A DNA stretch of 64,000 nt from an uncultured delta proteobacterium (GCA_963803435.1 CAWDML010000007.1:448001-512000), one strand, 5' to 3'; positions 40,213 to 50,752 are shown, counted from the first letter of the stretch. The notes: a model not told the origin generated them from the letters alone. Translations and numbers: made by a program.

Positions 40213-41256
40213 ATGCAGGCGGGGCGGCTGACAGCGTTGCTGGTGATGGTCGCGTGCAAGGCGAGCCCGCGCGATCCGAACGACAAAGCGGATGCAGGCA
40301 CGCCGCCCGCCGACTCGGGCGTCGAGATTCCCGTCGATGCTGGCGCCACGCCCGGGCGCTACTTCCCTGCGGGCGCCTTCTTCCTCGACGACGTCTACGA
40401 CGCTCCGCCTGCCGGCAACTCCCCCGCGATCCTCGCCGACCTCGCAGCCGCCGGCGGCTGGGGGAACGGCAACATCTTCCAGATCGACTTCTCGATCGAC
40501 GTGCTCACCGCCGACGAGACGACGCCGATGATGACGTTCGAGCCGACCGACGACTTCTACGATCCTGACTGTGACGCGGTACCGATGCCGCTCCCCGCCG
40601 ACGGCAACGTCGAGGGCGAGGACGGGTACGAGTGCGCGGGGGACGGAGACTGTCACCTCATCGTGTTCGCGCCGGCCATGGATCGTCTCTTCGAGATGTG
40701 GCGGGCGAACGTCTCGGGCGGGACGTTCTACGGCGGCTGCCTGGCCGTATGGGATACGAGCCGGGTCTATGGAGCGCACGGGAGAGGGCTGCAGTGCACC
40801 AGCGCCGATGCCGCGGGCTTCCCGATCGCTCCGCTCCTGTTCACCGCGGACGAGGTGGCGGCCGGAGAGATCGCGCACGCGATCCGGTTCATCCTCCCCA
40901 ACAATCGCGTGAAGCGCGGCTTCGTCCCACCCGCGACCCACGGCACCAGCACCACCGGCGACGGCGACGCACCCTACTACGGCGTCCATCTCCGCCTGCG
41001 CCGCGACTTCCCGCTGGAGACGCTCCCCAGCGAGGGTGCACGGACCGTCGCCCGCGCCCTGCAGCGGTACGGCATGTATCACGCCGACGGCGGCAACATC
41101 GCCCTGACCGCGCAGAGCGACCGGCACACCGCCGCCCGCTGGAGCGGCCTCCTCGAACCGCGCGATCTCTCCCAGCTCCAGGTCGGCGACTTCGAGGTCA
41201 TCGACCACGGGGCGTTCGTCCCGCTGACCTACGACTGCGTCCGCGAGCCCCTTTGA
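40213..41256 (+). CDS. Lipoprotein with conserved uncharacterised domain
   Basis: MQAGRLTALLVMVAC lipobox; GDGDCHL, LFEMW, SADAAGFP, IAHAIRF, PPATH, ALQRYGM..ADGG. Confidence 0.7.
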   Translation: MQAGRLTALLVMVACKASPRDPNDKADAGTPPADSGVEIPVDAGATPGRYFPAGAFFLDDVYDAPPAGNSPAILADLAAAGGWGNGNIFQIDFSIDVLTADETTPMMTFEPTDDFYDPDCDAVPMPLPADGNVEGEDGYECAGDGDCHLIVFAPAMDRLFEMWRANVSGGTFYGGCLAVWDTSRVYGAHGRGLQCTSADAAGFPIAPLLFTADEVAAGEIAHAIRFILPNNRVKRGFVPPATHGTSTTGDGDAPYYGVHLRLRRDFPLETLPSEGARTVARALQRYGMYHADGGNIALTAQSDRHTAARWSGLLEPRDLSQLQVGDFEVIDHGAFVPLTYDCVREPL

Positions 41257-41262
41257 GCTCGA

Positions 41263-43809
41263 TCAGAAGGTCGTGCACGCCTGCGAGCTGGGGAGGTAAG
41301 TGTCGATCGGCGTGACCGTACAGTTCCCGGAGTTCGTGAACACGACGGTCGCCACCCGCCAGAAGTCGTTCGTGGTGCAGTCTCCTGCGTCGTTCCCCGA
41401 GAGCGCGGCCGAGGTGACGGAGTACGTGGGGCTGACCACGCCCCCGCAATAGATGTCGAGGGTGGCGTTGCGTCCGGCGGCGGCGGCGAAGCTGTGGACG
41501 CCGATCGTGTACGGCTGTCCGATCACCACCGTGCTGACCCGTGTGTTCTCCGGCCCGTTCGCGAACGTGTTGTCGAAGTCGAGCTGCGGGTTCGGACCCT
41601 GCCCCGCCGGGAAGGCGGGATCCCAGATCGGGCTGAGGTTCGAGTAGTAGCAGTCGTCGGTCCCCGAGAACCACGGCGTCGGCAGCTGGTCGTGGAGGTG
41701 GAGATCGACGTCGCCCGAGCCGTTCCAGGTGAGCGTGACCACCAGGCCCTCGCCCTGTGCCACCACGTGCGTGGTGCAGAAGTTGGTCCGTCCCTGGTCG
41801 TCGAACACCTCGACCAGGAGGTCGTAGTTCCCGACGATGTAGGGGAGGAAGTCCTCGGTGGGGGCGTCGGGCGGATCCGGCGACCACTGGTTGGGCGTCC
41901 CCACCCCGCCGGTGGGCGCCGAGCCGATCGTCCATTGATAGCCGGTGATGTTCGCACCCAGCACCTGGGCCATCACGCTCAGCGTCACGGGCGTACCGAC
42001 GGGCGTGGTCACCTGGGCCGGACACGTGATGTCGAGCAGCGGCTCGCCGATCCCCACGATCGGGACAGTCGGGTTCGAGTCACGCGGATCCGAGACGTAG
42101 TAGCCGAGCGTGGCGCGGTCCAGCGAGACACGGCTCGGAGTGTAGCGGATGGGAACGTCGTGCATCTCCCCGGGCGCCAGCAGGATGCCGGTCTCGGGGC
42201 CGTTCACGAGCTCGTACGCGTTGGTGGCGGTCGCGATCGGTTCGACGAAGTCGATGTCGTTGAACAGGCAGACGTCCGTCCCGATGTTCTCGATCGATAC
42301 GCTCTGCGTCGGGGTCTCGTTCAGCGGAACAGCGCCGAACTGGACCATCGCTGGCAGGACGCGATGCGCGCAGGGAGGAAGATCCACGCCTTCGCCGGTG
42401 AGCGTCACCGACGGCATCGGGTTCGCAGAGTCGTTGGTCGCGAACACGAGCGTCGACGCCATCAGGCCGATCGACTGGGGAGCGAACGTCTCCTCCACCA
42501 CCTGGACACCGCCGGGCGGCACGATGAACGAGACCTGATCGGCCCTGAATGCTCCGGTCATCGCGACGTCCGGATCGACGGTGCTGACCACCAGCTCCTC
42601 GAGCCCATCGTTGATCACGACGACGCGGTGGGTGCTGGTGGTGTTGAGCGCCACCATCCCGAAGTCGATGACATCGGGGAGGATGCTCACCGCGGGCCCT
42701 CCGGAGCGACCGGTGAGCGCGACGTTCACCACGTCGAGGGCGCCGAACATCGGATCGGCAGACTCAATCTCGATCGCGCCCATGGGGGTCGCGCCGCTGT
42801 CGTACGCCTCCTGCGTCGCCGAGAAGGCCACCTCGATGTCGGTGCTCTCGCCAGGCTCGAGCGCGATCGGGAGCGGCGGCGGCGTCAGGCGGTACGCGGA
42901 GTCCGTCGCCAGCGTGAGCCCGACGTCGTTGATCATGATGGCGGCCGACGCCACGTTCTTGCAGGTGGTCGACAGCCGCCGCGTGGTGCCGGGGCTGACG
43001 GAGCCGAAGTCGATCACGTCGGGCGTGCACACCAGCGCGAAGCTGGTGCCGCGACCGATGAGCGTGATCGGCTTCTCGCAGAGATCGGACTCGCAGTTGG
43101 AGAGGTAGAAGCGGGCGCGGTCCGTCTGATCCGCGGTCGTTGGTCGATAGATCACCGGGAGCGTGAGCGACTCACCCGGCGCCAGCTCGCCGAGCGATCG
43201 ATCGGGCGCCACCGGCGCGGTCACCGCGAAGAGATCGGTCCCCTGCGGGGCTTCGATCTCCACGGCGCCCCGCGCGACGCGCGTCGTGACCCGCACCGTC
43301 TCGGTGAGCGCGTTCGTGACTTTGACCTGGATGGTATCGCTCGAGCCGGTGAGCACCGTGCCGAAGTCCACCGGGTTCGGATCCACGATCAGCCCCGACG
43401 CCACGCCCAGGCCCATCAGCGTGAGGGTGATCGGCTCCTCATCCGTCTTCAGCACCAGCTCGGTCTGGTACGGCTCGTCCGCCGCCTCGAAGGGACGGAA
43501 GCCCAGCTCGAGCTGCGTCATCCCGCCGGGCTGAACCGTGAAGCCCGAGGTGTCGACGCGGAACTCGTAGCGATCGCCGGACAGCGTGCCGTCCACATCG
43601 ATCCGCTCGATCTGCATCGAGGTGCCGCCCACGTTCGAGATGGGAAGACGCACCGTCTTCAGGATGCCCACCTGCACGGCGCCGAAGTCGACCGTGCGCT
43701 CGAGGTCGAGCTCGCCCTTCAGCCGGGAGAGAGATCCGTCGTCACATCCGAAGACGAGCGGCGACGCGAGGATCGGAATGAGGGCGAGTAGGCGCGGAAG
43801 AAGGCGCAT
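41263..43809 (-). CDS. Lipoprotein with repeated Ig-like (choice-of-anchor D/ASH-type) domains and C-terminal YfaP-like domain
   Basis: MRLLPRLLALIPILASPLVFGC lipobox; five xDFG/xQFG..V repeats; LTWNGSGDVDLHLH, LDFDN..GPEN. Confidence 0.78.
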   Translation of the reverse strand: MRLLPRLLALIPILASPLVFGCDDGSLSRLKGELDLERTVDFGAVQVGILKTVRLPISNVGGTSMQIERIDVDGTLSGDRYEFRVDTSGFTVQPGGMTQLELGFRPFEAADEPYQTELVLKTDEEPITLTLMGLGVASGLIVDPNPVDFGTVLTGSSDTIQVKVTNALTETVRVTTRVARGAVEIEAPQGTDLFAVTAPVAPDRSLGELAPGESLTLPVIYRPTTADQTDRARFYLSNCESDLCEKPITLIGRGTSFALVCTPDVIDFGSVSPGTTRRLSTTCKNVASAAIMINDVGLTLATDSAYRLTPPPLPIALEPGESTDIEVAFSATQEAYDSGATPMGAIEIESADPMFGALDVVNVALTGRSGGPAVSILPDVIDFGMVALNTTSTHRVVVINDGLEELVVSTVDPDVAMTGAFRADQVSFIVPPGGVQVVEETFAPQSIGLMASTLVFATNDSANPMPSVTLTGEGVDLPPCAHRVLPAMVQFGAVPLNETPTQSVSIENIGTDVCLFNDIDFVEPIATATNAYELVNGPETGILLAPGEMHDVPIRYTPSRVSLDRATLGYYVSDPRDSNPTVPIVGIGEPLLDITCPAQVTTPVGTPVTLSVMAQVLGANITGYQWTIGSAPTGGVGTPNQWSPDPPDAPTEDFLPYIVGNYDLLVEVFDDQGRTNFCTTHVVAQGEGLVVTLTWNGSGDVDLHLHDQLPTPWFSGTDDCYYSNLSPIWDPAFPAGQGPNPQLDFDNTFANGPENTRVSTVVIGQPYTIGVHSFAAAAGRNATLDIYCGGVVSPTYSVTSAALSGNDAGDCTTNDFWRVATVVFTNSGNCTVTPIDTYLPSSQACTTF

Positions 43810-43886
43810 TCCACATAGTAGCGTACATCGGTGCCAGGGATCGAACCGACAGGTTGCGGGCGCACTGACCCTCGGTCCATGGCCGT

Positions 43887-46175
43887 TCAGGCTGCGTGGA
43901 CGGCGATCGACAGCCCGAGACGCTCCCGCAGAAGAACGTGATCCTCGCTCAACGTGAAGCGGGCCAGCGCCTCGGCGTGCGAGCAGTCGGTGGCCGCCGC
44001 GTCCTGCGCCACCAGCATCGCCGCCCGGCAGGCCGTGTGGTGCGCGCCGTCGATGAACTCCGCCAAACGACCGAGGTCTCCCCGCTCCAGGGCTTCGTGG
44101 ACCGCGGGCAACAATGCCGCCCTCGCCTCCGCTGACAGGTTCCGGGCCAGCGCCTTCTTCCATGCCTTGGTCTGGGGCCGGGAGGCCACCACCGCGGACC
44201 CGCACGCCAGCTCGCAGGCGGCCTCCAGCGCTGCGCGGAGCGCGTCGGGCGCCAGCGCGAATGCGGGCGCGATCTCCGGCCGCACCGTCGCCAGCTCGCG
44301 CGCGATCGTCCACCGCAGGCGGCTCGGCTTCACCGCTTCGAAGGACGCGTTCCGCTCGCCGACGAACAGCACCGGCGGCGAGCCTGCGCAGAGGCGCGGC
44401 GCCTCGGTGCTCCCGGGACGGTGGTACTGGTCGACCTCGTCCACCGCGAGCGCGCCGGAGAGCCCCGAGCACACGTCGACGAACAGCAGGCGGGCACGTG
44501 CATCCTTGGCCGGCTCATCGAGCTGGACCTTCTCCCGCTTCTTGAGGCGGAGCGCCTTCTGAGCGTCCGCGAACAGATCGGGGGCGCCGCGATAGAGGAT
44601 ACGGCAGATCTCGGCGAGCGGGCTCCGGCAGTCCGGATGGAGGACGCGGTCGCGCCAGAGCTCGTCCGTGAGGGCGCCCGCGGCAGCCTTGGGCGCGCGC
44701 TTGAGGAGCAGCTGGTACGCCTCCTTCTCGATGTCCGTGGCAGCGCCCAGGACGATCAGCGCTCCGAGGGCGCAGAACGCGCGATCGAGCTGATCCAGCC
44801 CGGAGTAGAGCTCGAAGAGCCGCCGTGCGGGCGTGGCGGGGTCGGCCGAGGTCCCCAGCAGCCGGTGATAGATCGAGATCGCCAGCGGCACGGTCTCACG
44901 ACGCTCCGCGTAGATCTCGGCGAGGACATGCGCGATCTGCTCATCGCCAGGCTCGGCGCGGGCGACCGCCTGATACGCGATCCGCGCCGCGCTCCAGCTG
45001 CGAAGGCGCTTCCGATAGAGCCCGCCGAGCGAGCGCCACAGGATCGAACGCGCACGACCCTGTTGCTTCGGGATCCGCTTGATCATGCGACGGTAGTTGG
45101 CGGCGAGCGCCTGCCAGTCGCGAGACTTGAACAGGATCTGCTCGATCTCCTGGAACGCGTCGATGAACGCCGGGTCCTCATCGAGCGCGAGGTTCAGTTG
45201 CTCGACCACTCGGACGTGGTCGTCCTCCTGAAACCAGGAGCGGGCCAGCTCCACGAAGTGCTCGCGGCGCACCTCCGAGCCGGTGAGGTGCGGGGTGAGT
45301 GCAGTGAGTATGTCGATCTTCGCCCGGATCTGCCCCGTGTGATCGTACAGATCCGCGAGCGCGCGCAGCACCCCGGTGTCGTGAGGACGGAGACGGCGCG
45401 CTTCGTCGAAGACCTCGATGCTGCGGGCCGCGTCATGCAGATTGTCGCGACAGAGGCGCGCCTGATCGATCAGCCGCTCGAAGCGATCCGCGCCGGTGTA
45501 GTCGCGGAGCAGGCGGGCCCGAGCTTCGAACGCGGCCTCCCACTCACCAAAGGTCTCGGCGAGCTCCGCCCGGCGGCGGAGCGCCGGGGGGTGATCGGCG
45601 TCGAGATCGAGGGCACGGCGGTACCAATCGTAGGCGCGCCGGTGCTGGAAGAGGTTGAGAGCGATCTCGCCGAGCTGGAACTCGAGCTCGACCACCTCGG
45701 CTTCGGTCAACTCGTCGGCATGGTGGATCAGGATCGTCTGGATGGACTGTCGCGCCTCCTCCCATTTCTCGGCGCGGAGCAGCGCCGAGGCGAGCCCCTC
45801 GAGCGCCGGAAAGTACTCGCCGTCGAGCCGGCAGCTACTGCGGTAGTGGGCCAGGGCCGTGCGCGGATCGCCGCGCTTCTCGGCGAGGTACGCCAGCCGG
45901 TAGTGAAGGCGCGCGCGCTCGGCCGCATGGGTGTCGCGCTCGAGCCCGTCATCGATGCGCTCCAGCTGCGCGATCAGCCGCTCGAACACGAAGCAGGCCT
46001 CGGCGGCCCGACCCTCGGCGAAGTGGCGTTCGCCCCGCTCCCTGAGCGCGTCGAGGTCGGGCGGCGGCTCGGGCGCTTGCCAGGTCCGGTCGACGGCCTC
46101 GCCCCAATCGGCGGTGAGAGCGCGGACGCCGCTGGTCGCGCGGGTGAGGATGGGGTCGATCTCGAGCGCAATCAT
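43887..46175 (-). CDS. Tetratricopeptide repeat protein (myxobacterial type)
   Basis: Repeated A..Y..AL..DP-type TPR helices; C-terminal DRAFC..LWRDRVLHP..ARELA..RP. Confidence 0.75.
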   Translation of the reverse strand: MIALEIDPILTRATSGVRALTADWGEAVDRTWQAPEPPPDLDALRERGERHFAEGRAAEACFVFERLIAQLERIDDGLERDTHAAERARLHYRLAYLAEKRGDPRTALAHYRSSCRLDGEYFPALEGLASALLRAEKWEEARQSIQTILIHHADELTEAEVVELEFQLGEIALNLFQHRRAYDWYRRALDLDADHPPALRRRAELAETFGEWEAAFEARARLLRDYTGADRFERLIDQARLCRDNLHDAARSIEVFDEARRLRPHDTGVLRALADLYDHTGQIRAKIDILTALTPHLTGSEVRREHFVELARSWFQEDDHVRVVEQLNLALDEDPAFIDAFQEIEQILFKSRDWQALAANYRRMIKRIPKQQGRARSILWRSLGGLYRKRLRSWSAARIAYQAVARAEPGDEQIAHVLAEIYAERRETVPLAISIYHRLLGTSADPATPARRLFELYSGLDQLDRAFCALGALIVLGAATDIEKEAYQLLLKRAPKAAAGALTDELWRDRVLHPDCRSPLAEICRILYRGAPDLFADAQKALRLKKREKVQLDEPAKDARARLLFVDVCSGLSGALAVDEVDQYHRPGSTEAPRLCAGSPPVLFVGERNASFEAVKPSRLRWTIARELATVRPEIAPAFALAPDALRAALEAACELACGSAVVASRPQTKAWKKALARNLSAEARAALLPAVHEALERGDLGRLAEFIDGAHHTACRAAMLVAQDAAATDCSHAEALARFTLSEDHVLLRERLGLSIAVHAA

Positions 46176-46343
46176 CGGGCTTCCGGGGCCCGTGCAAGGC
46201 AAGAGCTGAGCCAGCCCCCACCCCGCAGGGCGCGCCGCGGGATCGGGCGCTCGGTGGAGGTCCGGCTGGGTAATCGTGGGACAGGTTGGGTCAACGTAGG
46301 GGGGAGGTTGACGTCGGGACGTTCGAGGCGCGATGGGCGATCA

Positions 46344-48626
46344 GTGCTGTCTTCCGGAGGGGGGACCGGCGACCTGGGCGAGGACGTCCCCGCGTCGGTG
46401 TGGACGATCGCGGTCGACCGGGCGGGATGCTGGCTCGATGGTGACCAGGACCTCCTCGAGGTGCTGGAGGTCTCGCGGGAGGACGTTCGCGGACGACTGC
46501 TGGAAGACATCGCGCCGGAGCTCGCAATGCTGCGAGCTCAGCTTGCAGAGGCGCTGCTGTCCCGGCGTCCCATCCGCGGGATCGACGTTCCACTCTCGGG
46601 ACCCGGCGCGAAGCTCTCGCACCGTCTCCTTCGCGCCAGCGTCCATCCGCTCCCGTATGGAGGCACGGCAGCGGCGACCATCGTGCTCGTCGACGTGTCG
46701 AAGGAGGAGCAGATCGCGAGCAGCCTCTCCCGCTATCGCTTGATGCAGCGGGCCACCCTCGACGCGATCTGGGAGTGGAACATCGTGACCGGCAAGTCGT
46801 GGTGGAGCAGCCGCAACTACGAGCTGCTCGGTTACGACCGCACCACGGATCCCTCGTTCGAGGCCTGGGCGCGCATGCTCCACGACGAAGATCGGCCGCG
46901 CGTGCTCGAGAAGTTTCCCGCGCTCTTCGCCAGCAACGCGAGCACGTGGCAGGACGAGTATCGCTACCACCGCTTCGACGGCCGGATCGGCATCATCGAC
47001 GACCGGGGCTACCTCGAGCGCGACGAGAACGGCGCCCCGCTGAGAATGATCGGCGTGATGCGAGACGTGACCGAAGAGCGCGCCGCAGAGCATGCGTTGA
47101 GAGAGAGCGAGGAGCGCTTCCGACAGATCGCCGAGACGATCCAGGAGGTGTTCTGGATGTGCGATCTGACGACGGGACAGCCGATGTACGTGAGCCCCGC
47201 GTTCGAGCGAATCTCCGGTCACGCGCCCGAGACCATCACCGGTCCCTTCGGTTTCCTCGAGATCATCCATCCCGACGACCGTAAGCGCGTGGCCGAGCAG
47301 CTGGCCGTGCTGGTCGTCGGCGATCCCTTCGACGAGATCTACCGCGTGGTCAGGCCCGACGGCAGCATCGCCTGGGTCCACGATCGCGCCACACCGATCG
47401 AGGACGCAACCGGACGACCGACCCGCGCCGTCGGGATCACGGTCGACATCACCGAGCAGCGGCAGCTCGAGGAGCAGCTCCTCCTGTCCCAGAAGCTGGA
47501 GAGCATCGGGAGGCTGGCCGGCGGGGTCGCCCACGACTTCAACAACCTGCTGACGGTGGTGCTGGGATGCACGACCTTTGCCATCGATCGCCTACCGGCC
47601 GACAGCCCCCTGCGGAGCGACCTCGCCAGCGTGGTCGATGCAGCCGAGCGCGCGACCAAGCTGACCAGCCAGCTGCTGACGTTCGCGCGGCGGCGCGTCA
47701 TCTCGCCCACTACGGTCAATCTCGCCGAGCTCACCCACGGGATCGAGCGCCTGCTGCGGCGGGCGATCGGGGAGAGCATCGAGCTCGAGATCCATCTCGA
47801 TCCGACTCTCGGCTTCATTCGCGCCGATCCGGGACAGATCGAACAGGTCCTCACCAACCTGACCCTCAACGCGCGCGACGCCATGCCGAACGGCGGAAAG
47901 CTCACCATCGCGGCGCGCAACACCACCATCGACGCGAACGCCGCCGCACGGGGCATCGAGCTGGTGCCCGGGGAGTACGTGACGCTGACGGTCAGCGACA
48001 CGGGCGTCGGCATCTCGCCCGAGACCCGACGCCATGTCTTCGAGCCGTTCTTCACGACCAAGGATCCCGGGCAGGGGACGGGGCTGGGGCTCGCCACCTG
48101 CTACGGGATCGTCAGGCAGGCCGCCGGCCACATCTCGGTGGAGAGCGAGCCGGGTTACGGAACGCGCTTCGAGATCCTGCTCCCGCGCATCTACGAGGTC
48201 CCCCACTCGGTCGAAGCCCGGGCGCCCATCTCCTCGAACGGCGGCGGTGAAACCGTGCTGTTCGTCGAGGACGACCACGCGCTCCGGCAGGTCGGCACCC
48301 GGATGCTGTCGCAGCACGGCTATCGCGTCCTCAGCGCAGGGAGCGGAACCGAGGCGCTGAGTCTGGTAGCCGATCATCGCGGATCGATCGACCTTCTGGT
48401 CACCGACGTCGTGATGCCGGGGATGAGCGGCGCCGAGCTGGCGGCGCGACTTCTGACAGCGCGTCCCGATCTCCGCGTGTTGTACACGTCGGGCTACGCA
48501 GAGAGCGTGGTCGTGCAGCACGGTGTACCCCATCCCGGGATCTCCTTGCTGGTGAAGCCGTACGTCGAAGCGACGCTCCTCGAGAAGGTCCGGGCGACAA
48601 TCGACGCCTCGGCGACGGCACGATAG
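46344..48626 (+). CDS. PAS-PAS hybrid sensor histidine kinase/response regulator; start approximate
   Basis: Two PAS/PAC domains (HDEDR, HPDDR); GGVAHDFNNLL; NARDAM; EPFFTTK; GLGL; REC VEDD..TDVVMPGMSG..KP. Confidence 0.9.
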   Translation: MLSSGGGTGDLGEDVPASVWTIAVDRAGCWLDGDQDLLEVLEVSREDVRGRLLEDIAPELAMLRAQLAEALLSRRPIRGIDVPLSGPGAKLSHRLLRASVHPLPYGGTAAATIVLVDVSKEEQIASSLSRYRLMQRATLDAIWEWNIVTGKSWWSSRNYELLGYDRTTDPSFEAWARMLHDEDRPRVLEKFPALFASNASTWQDEYRYHRFDGRIGIIDDRGYLERDENGAPLRMIGVMRDVTEERAAEHALRESEERFRQIAETIQEVFWMCDLTTGQPMYVSPAFERISGHAPETITGPFGFLEIIHPDDRKRVAEQLAVLVVGDPFDEIYRVVRPDGSIAWVHDRATPIEDATGRPTRAVGITVDITEQRQLEEQLLLSQKLESIGRLAGGVAHDFNNLLTVVLGCTTFAIDRLPADSPLRSDLASVVDAAERATKLTSQLLTFARRRVISPTTVNLAELTHGIERLLRRAIGESIELEIHLDPTLGFIRADPGQIEQVLTNLTLNARDAMPNGGKLTIAARNTTIDANAAARGIELVPGEYVTLTVSDTGVGISPETRRHVFEPFFTTKDPGQGTGLGLATCYGIVRQAAGHISVESEPGYGTRFEILLPRIYEVPHSVEARAPISSNGGGETVLFVEDDHALRQVGTRMLSQHGYRVLSAGSGTEALSLVADHRGSIDLLVTDVVMPGMSGAELAARLLTARPDLRVLYTSGYAESVVVQHGVPHPGISLLVKPYVEATLLEKVRATIDASATAR

Positions 48627-48635
48627 ACTCGAACG

Positions 48636-49457
48636 ATGCGCGCATTCTCCGTCGCCACTCTCGCGATCGCGGTCGCCGCGATCCTGCCCGCTCGCCCAGC
48701 ACACGCGCACCTCGCGCTCTCGCAACCGGCCAGCCGCTACGGACCGAGCATTCTCAAGACGGGACCGTGCGGCATGGCAGGCGGACAGCGCAGCCAGAAC
48801 GTCGCCGTCTTCGAGGCCGGTGAGACGATCGAGGTGGTCTGGGACGAATACGTGAACCACCCGGGTCACTTCCGCGTCTCCTTCGACGACGACGGCGACG
48901 ACGACTTCGTCGATCCTCCCTGCCTCGCCAACTGCAACAGCACCAACCCGACGATCGAGTTCTACTCGGCACCGAGCGTCTTGATGGATCAGATCCCCGA
49001 CACCGCCGGCGGCGGCGAGACCCACCTCATGGTGACGCTGCCGAACGTCGTCTGCGACAACTGCACGCTGCAGGCGATCCAGGTCATGTACGACAAGCCG
49101 CCGTACACGCTGCCCGGCAACGACATCTACTATCAGTGCGCCGACCTGATCCTGGTCGCGCCGGGCGGCGGTGACGCCGGCGTCGCTGACGGCGGCATGG
49201 ACACGCCCGACGCCGGACCGCCCGCCGACGCGGGCGCCGAAGTCGACGCGGGCAGCCCGATGGATGCCCAACCCGGCGTCGACACGGGCACCCCGGACAC
49301 CGGCGCTCCTCGGCCCGACGCCGGCTTCGCGGATACGGGCGCCGGCGGCAACGACGACGGAGGCGGCTGCGCCTGCGTCTCGCCGGCGACCGGTGCCACG
49401 GGCTGGCTGCTGCTCCCCGCCCTGCTCGGCCTGCTCGGGTGGCGCAAGCGCCGCTAG
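48636..49457 (+). CDS. LPMO-like (His-brace) secreted protein with MYXO-CTERM sorting signal
   Basis: Signal peptide ends AHA with His at mature position 1; GPCG, NHPGH, CDNCTLQ, YYQCAD; DAG-rich linker; GGGCAC..LLGLLGWRKRR. Confidence 0.75.
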   Translation: MRAFSVATLAIAVAAILPARPAHAHLALSQPASRYGPSILKTGPCGMAGGQRSQNVAVFEAGETIEVVWDEYVNHPGHFRVSFDDDGDDDFVDPPCLANCNSTNPTIEFYSAPSVLMDQIPDTAGGGETHLMVTLPNVVCDNCTLQAIQVMYDKPPYTLPGNDIYYQCADLILVAPGGGDAGVADGGMDTPDAGPPADAGAEVDAGSPMDAQPGVDTGTPDTGAPRPDAGFADTGAGGNDDGGGCACVSPATGATGWLLLPALLGLLGWRKRR

Positions 49458-49522
49458 GAGCGTGTAGCGCGTAGCGCGACCGCGAGCCCGGTCCGGGTCC
49501 CGGTCCCGGTCCCGGTCCCGAT
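49454..49522 (+). repeat. Left inverted repeat containing a (cc[c/g]ggt)n hexamer tract
   Basis: ctaggagcgtgtagcgcgtagcgcgaccgcgagcccggtccgggtcccggtcccggtcccggtcccgat. Confidence 0.88.
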
Positions 49523-49524
49523 GG

Positions 49525-49799
49525 CGATCATGCAGCCCGGCGTTTTCGGTGCCAGAGCGAAGTGCCATCCGGTAGAAGCGAGCCTTCTCAGGTGGATTGA
49601 ACTCTCCGGCGCCCTCGGCGGTGTTGTTCACGATGGAATCGGATGCCCGCCGAAGCTGATCGCGGACGTGAGCGTGACCGGGTTGCAGTTCTTGTGCGAT
49701 CTCTTCAGCGATGTCGGCATACTCGACGGCGAGCTGGTAGACCTCGAGCTTCTCGTGATCGAAGTGACCATGCAAGCTAGCTTGCGGTAGCTCGTCCAC
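49525..49799 (-). pseudogene. Four-helix-bundle (IVP-like) protein, 3'-truncated
   Basis: FDHEKLEVYQLA..DQLRRASDSIVNNTAEGAGE..EKARFYRMALRSGTE, then runs into the hexamer repeat. Confidence 0.82.
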
Positions 49800-50053
49800 T
49801 TTGACCAGCAGAAGTTCTTGGAGGTCGTTTTGTCTGGAATCGATCGTTGGGCGGATCGACTTCGACGCCTGGACTTGATCCCATGGTTTCGTTGCGAAGC
49901 AATACCGTTCTTGGACTCCGAGACAATCGTTCTTGCTCCCGCCGTCCCCAAACCTCCGGACCGTTCCGCGTTTCCTGTTTCGCTCGTTCTGCTCATTCGC
50001 TATTCAAAGCGGCCGTTGTTGCATCGTGCTCGATCGAGTGTTCTGCAGAGTCG

Positions 50054-50752
50054 ATGCAGGCAAGATTCGCAAGTCTTCCGGACGCCCTGTGGAAACGCAT
50101 TGAGCCGTTACTCGCGAAGCGAGGTCCAAGGCCGCGGGGAGGTCGCCCGCGGGTTGCGGATCGCGTCGTGATGGCAGGTATCGTCTATCGCCTTCGGACA
50201 GGGTGCCAGTGGAAGGCCCTGCCGCGCGAGTTCAGCTCCGGTTCGACGTGCCACAGTCGATTCGCGGCATGGTGCGCAGCAGGGATCTTCACCGCGATCT
50301 TCGCTGAGCTGCTGCGGTACTACGACAGGAGGCGCGGCATACAGTGGAAGTGGACTTCACTCGACAGCGCGATCGTCAAGGCTCCAAAAGGGGGGACCTG
50401 ACCGGTCCGAACCCGACGGATCGAGCCAAGCGAGGCGTGAAGCGTCACGTGCTCACGGATGGTCGTGGTGTTCCGTTGGCGGTCGAGATCTCAGGCGCGA
50501 ACGTGCACGACAAGTGGCGGGTGGAGCAGACGCTCGACGGCGTCGTCCTACGGGGCTCCCGCGGTCCACGACGGCCGGAGCACCTCTGCCTGGATAAAGG
50601 CTACGACTACGCGGATGTCGAGGCCGCCATTCGAGCGCGCCGGATCAAACCGCCTATCCGCCGCCGCGGCGAGCCTGCACTCGCTGGCTGTGTCCGCGGT
50701 AGGCCGCGGCGCTGGGTTGTCGAGCGCACGAACGCTTGGCACAACCAGTTCC
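50054..50752 (+). mobile_element. IS5-family transposase (two ORFs, -1 frameshift at AAAAGGGGGG 50386-50395), 3'-truncated
   Basis: LWKRIEPLL, GGRPR, RTGCQWKALP, LDSAIVKAPKGG / GPNPTDRAKRGVKRH, DKGYD, RWVVERTNAW; ends abruptly before the RWER segment. Confidence 0.9.

Noticed and set aside
38938-41256. Novel RIO kinase-lipoprotein fusion (772 aa ORF)
   Set aside because: A natural Arg-rich kinase tail stops at 40078 in another frame and an internal lipoprotein signal starts at 40213; read-through is best explained by a frameshift
44421-46343. Long N-terminal extension of the hybrid kinase (1401 aa ORF)
   Set aside because: Antisense shadow of the TPR gene; typical of high-GC DNA
50386-50395. 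Frameshift in the IS5 transposase as a sequencing error or novelty
   Set aside because: Two-ORF organisation with a slippery A/G run at this position is a known feature of some IS5 subgroups
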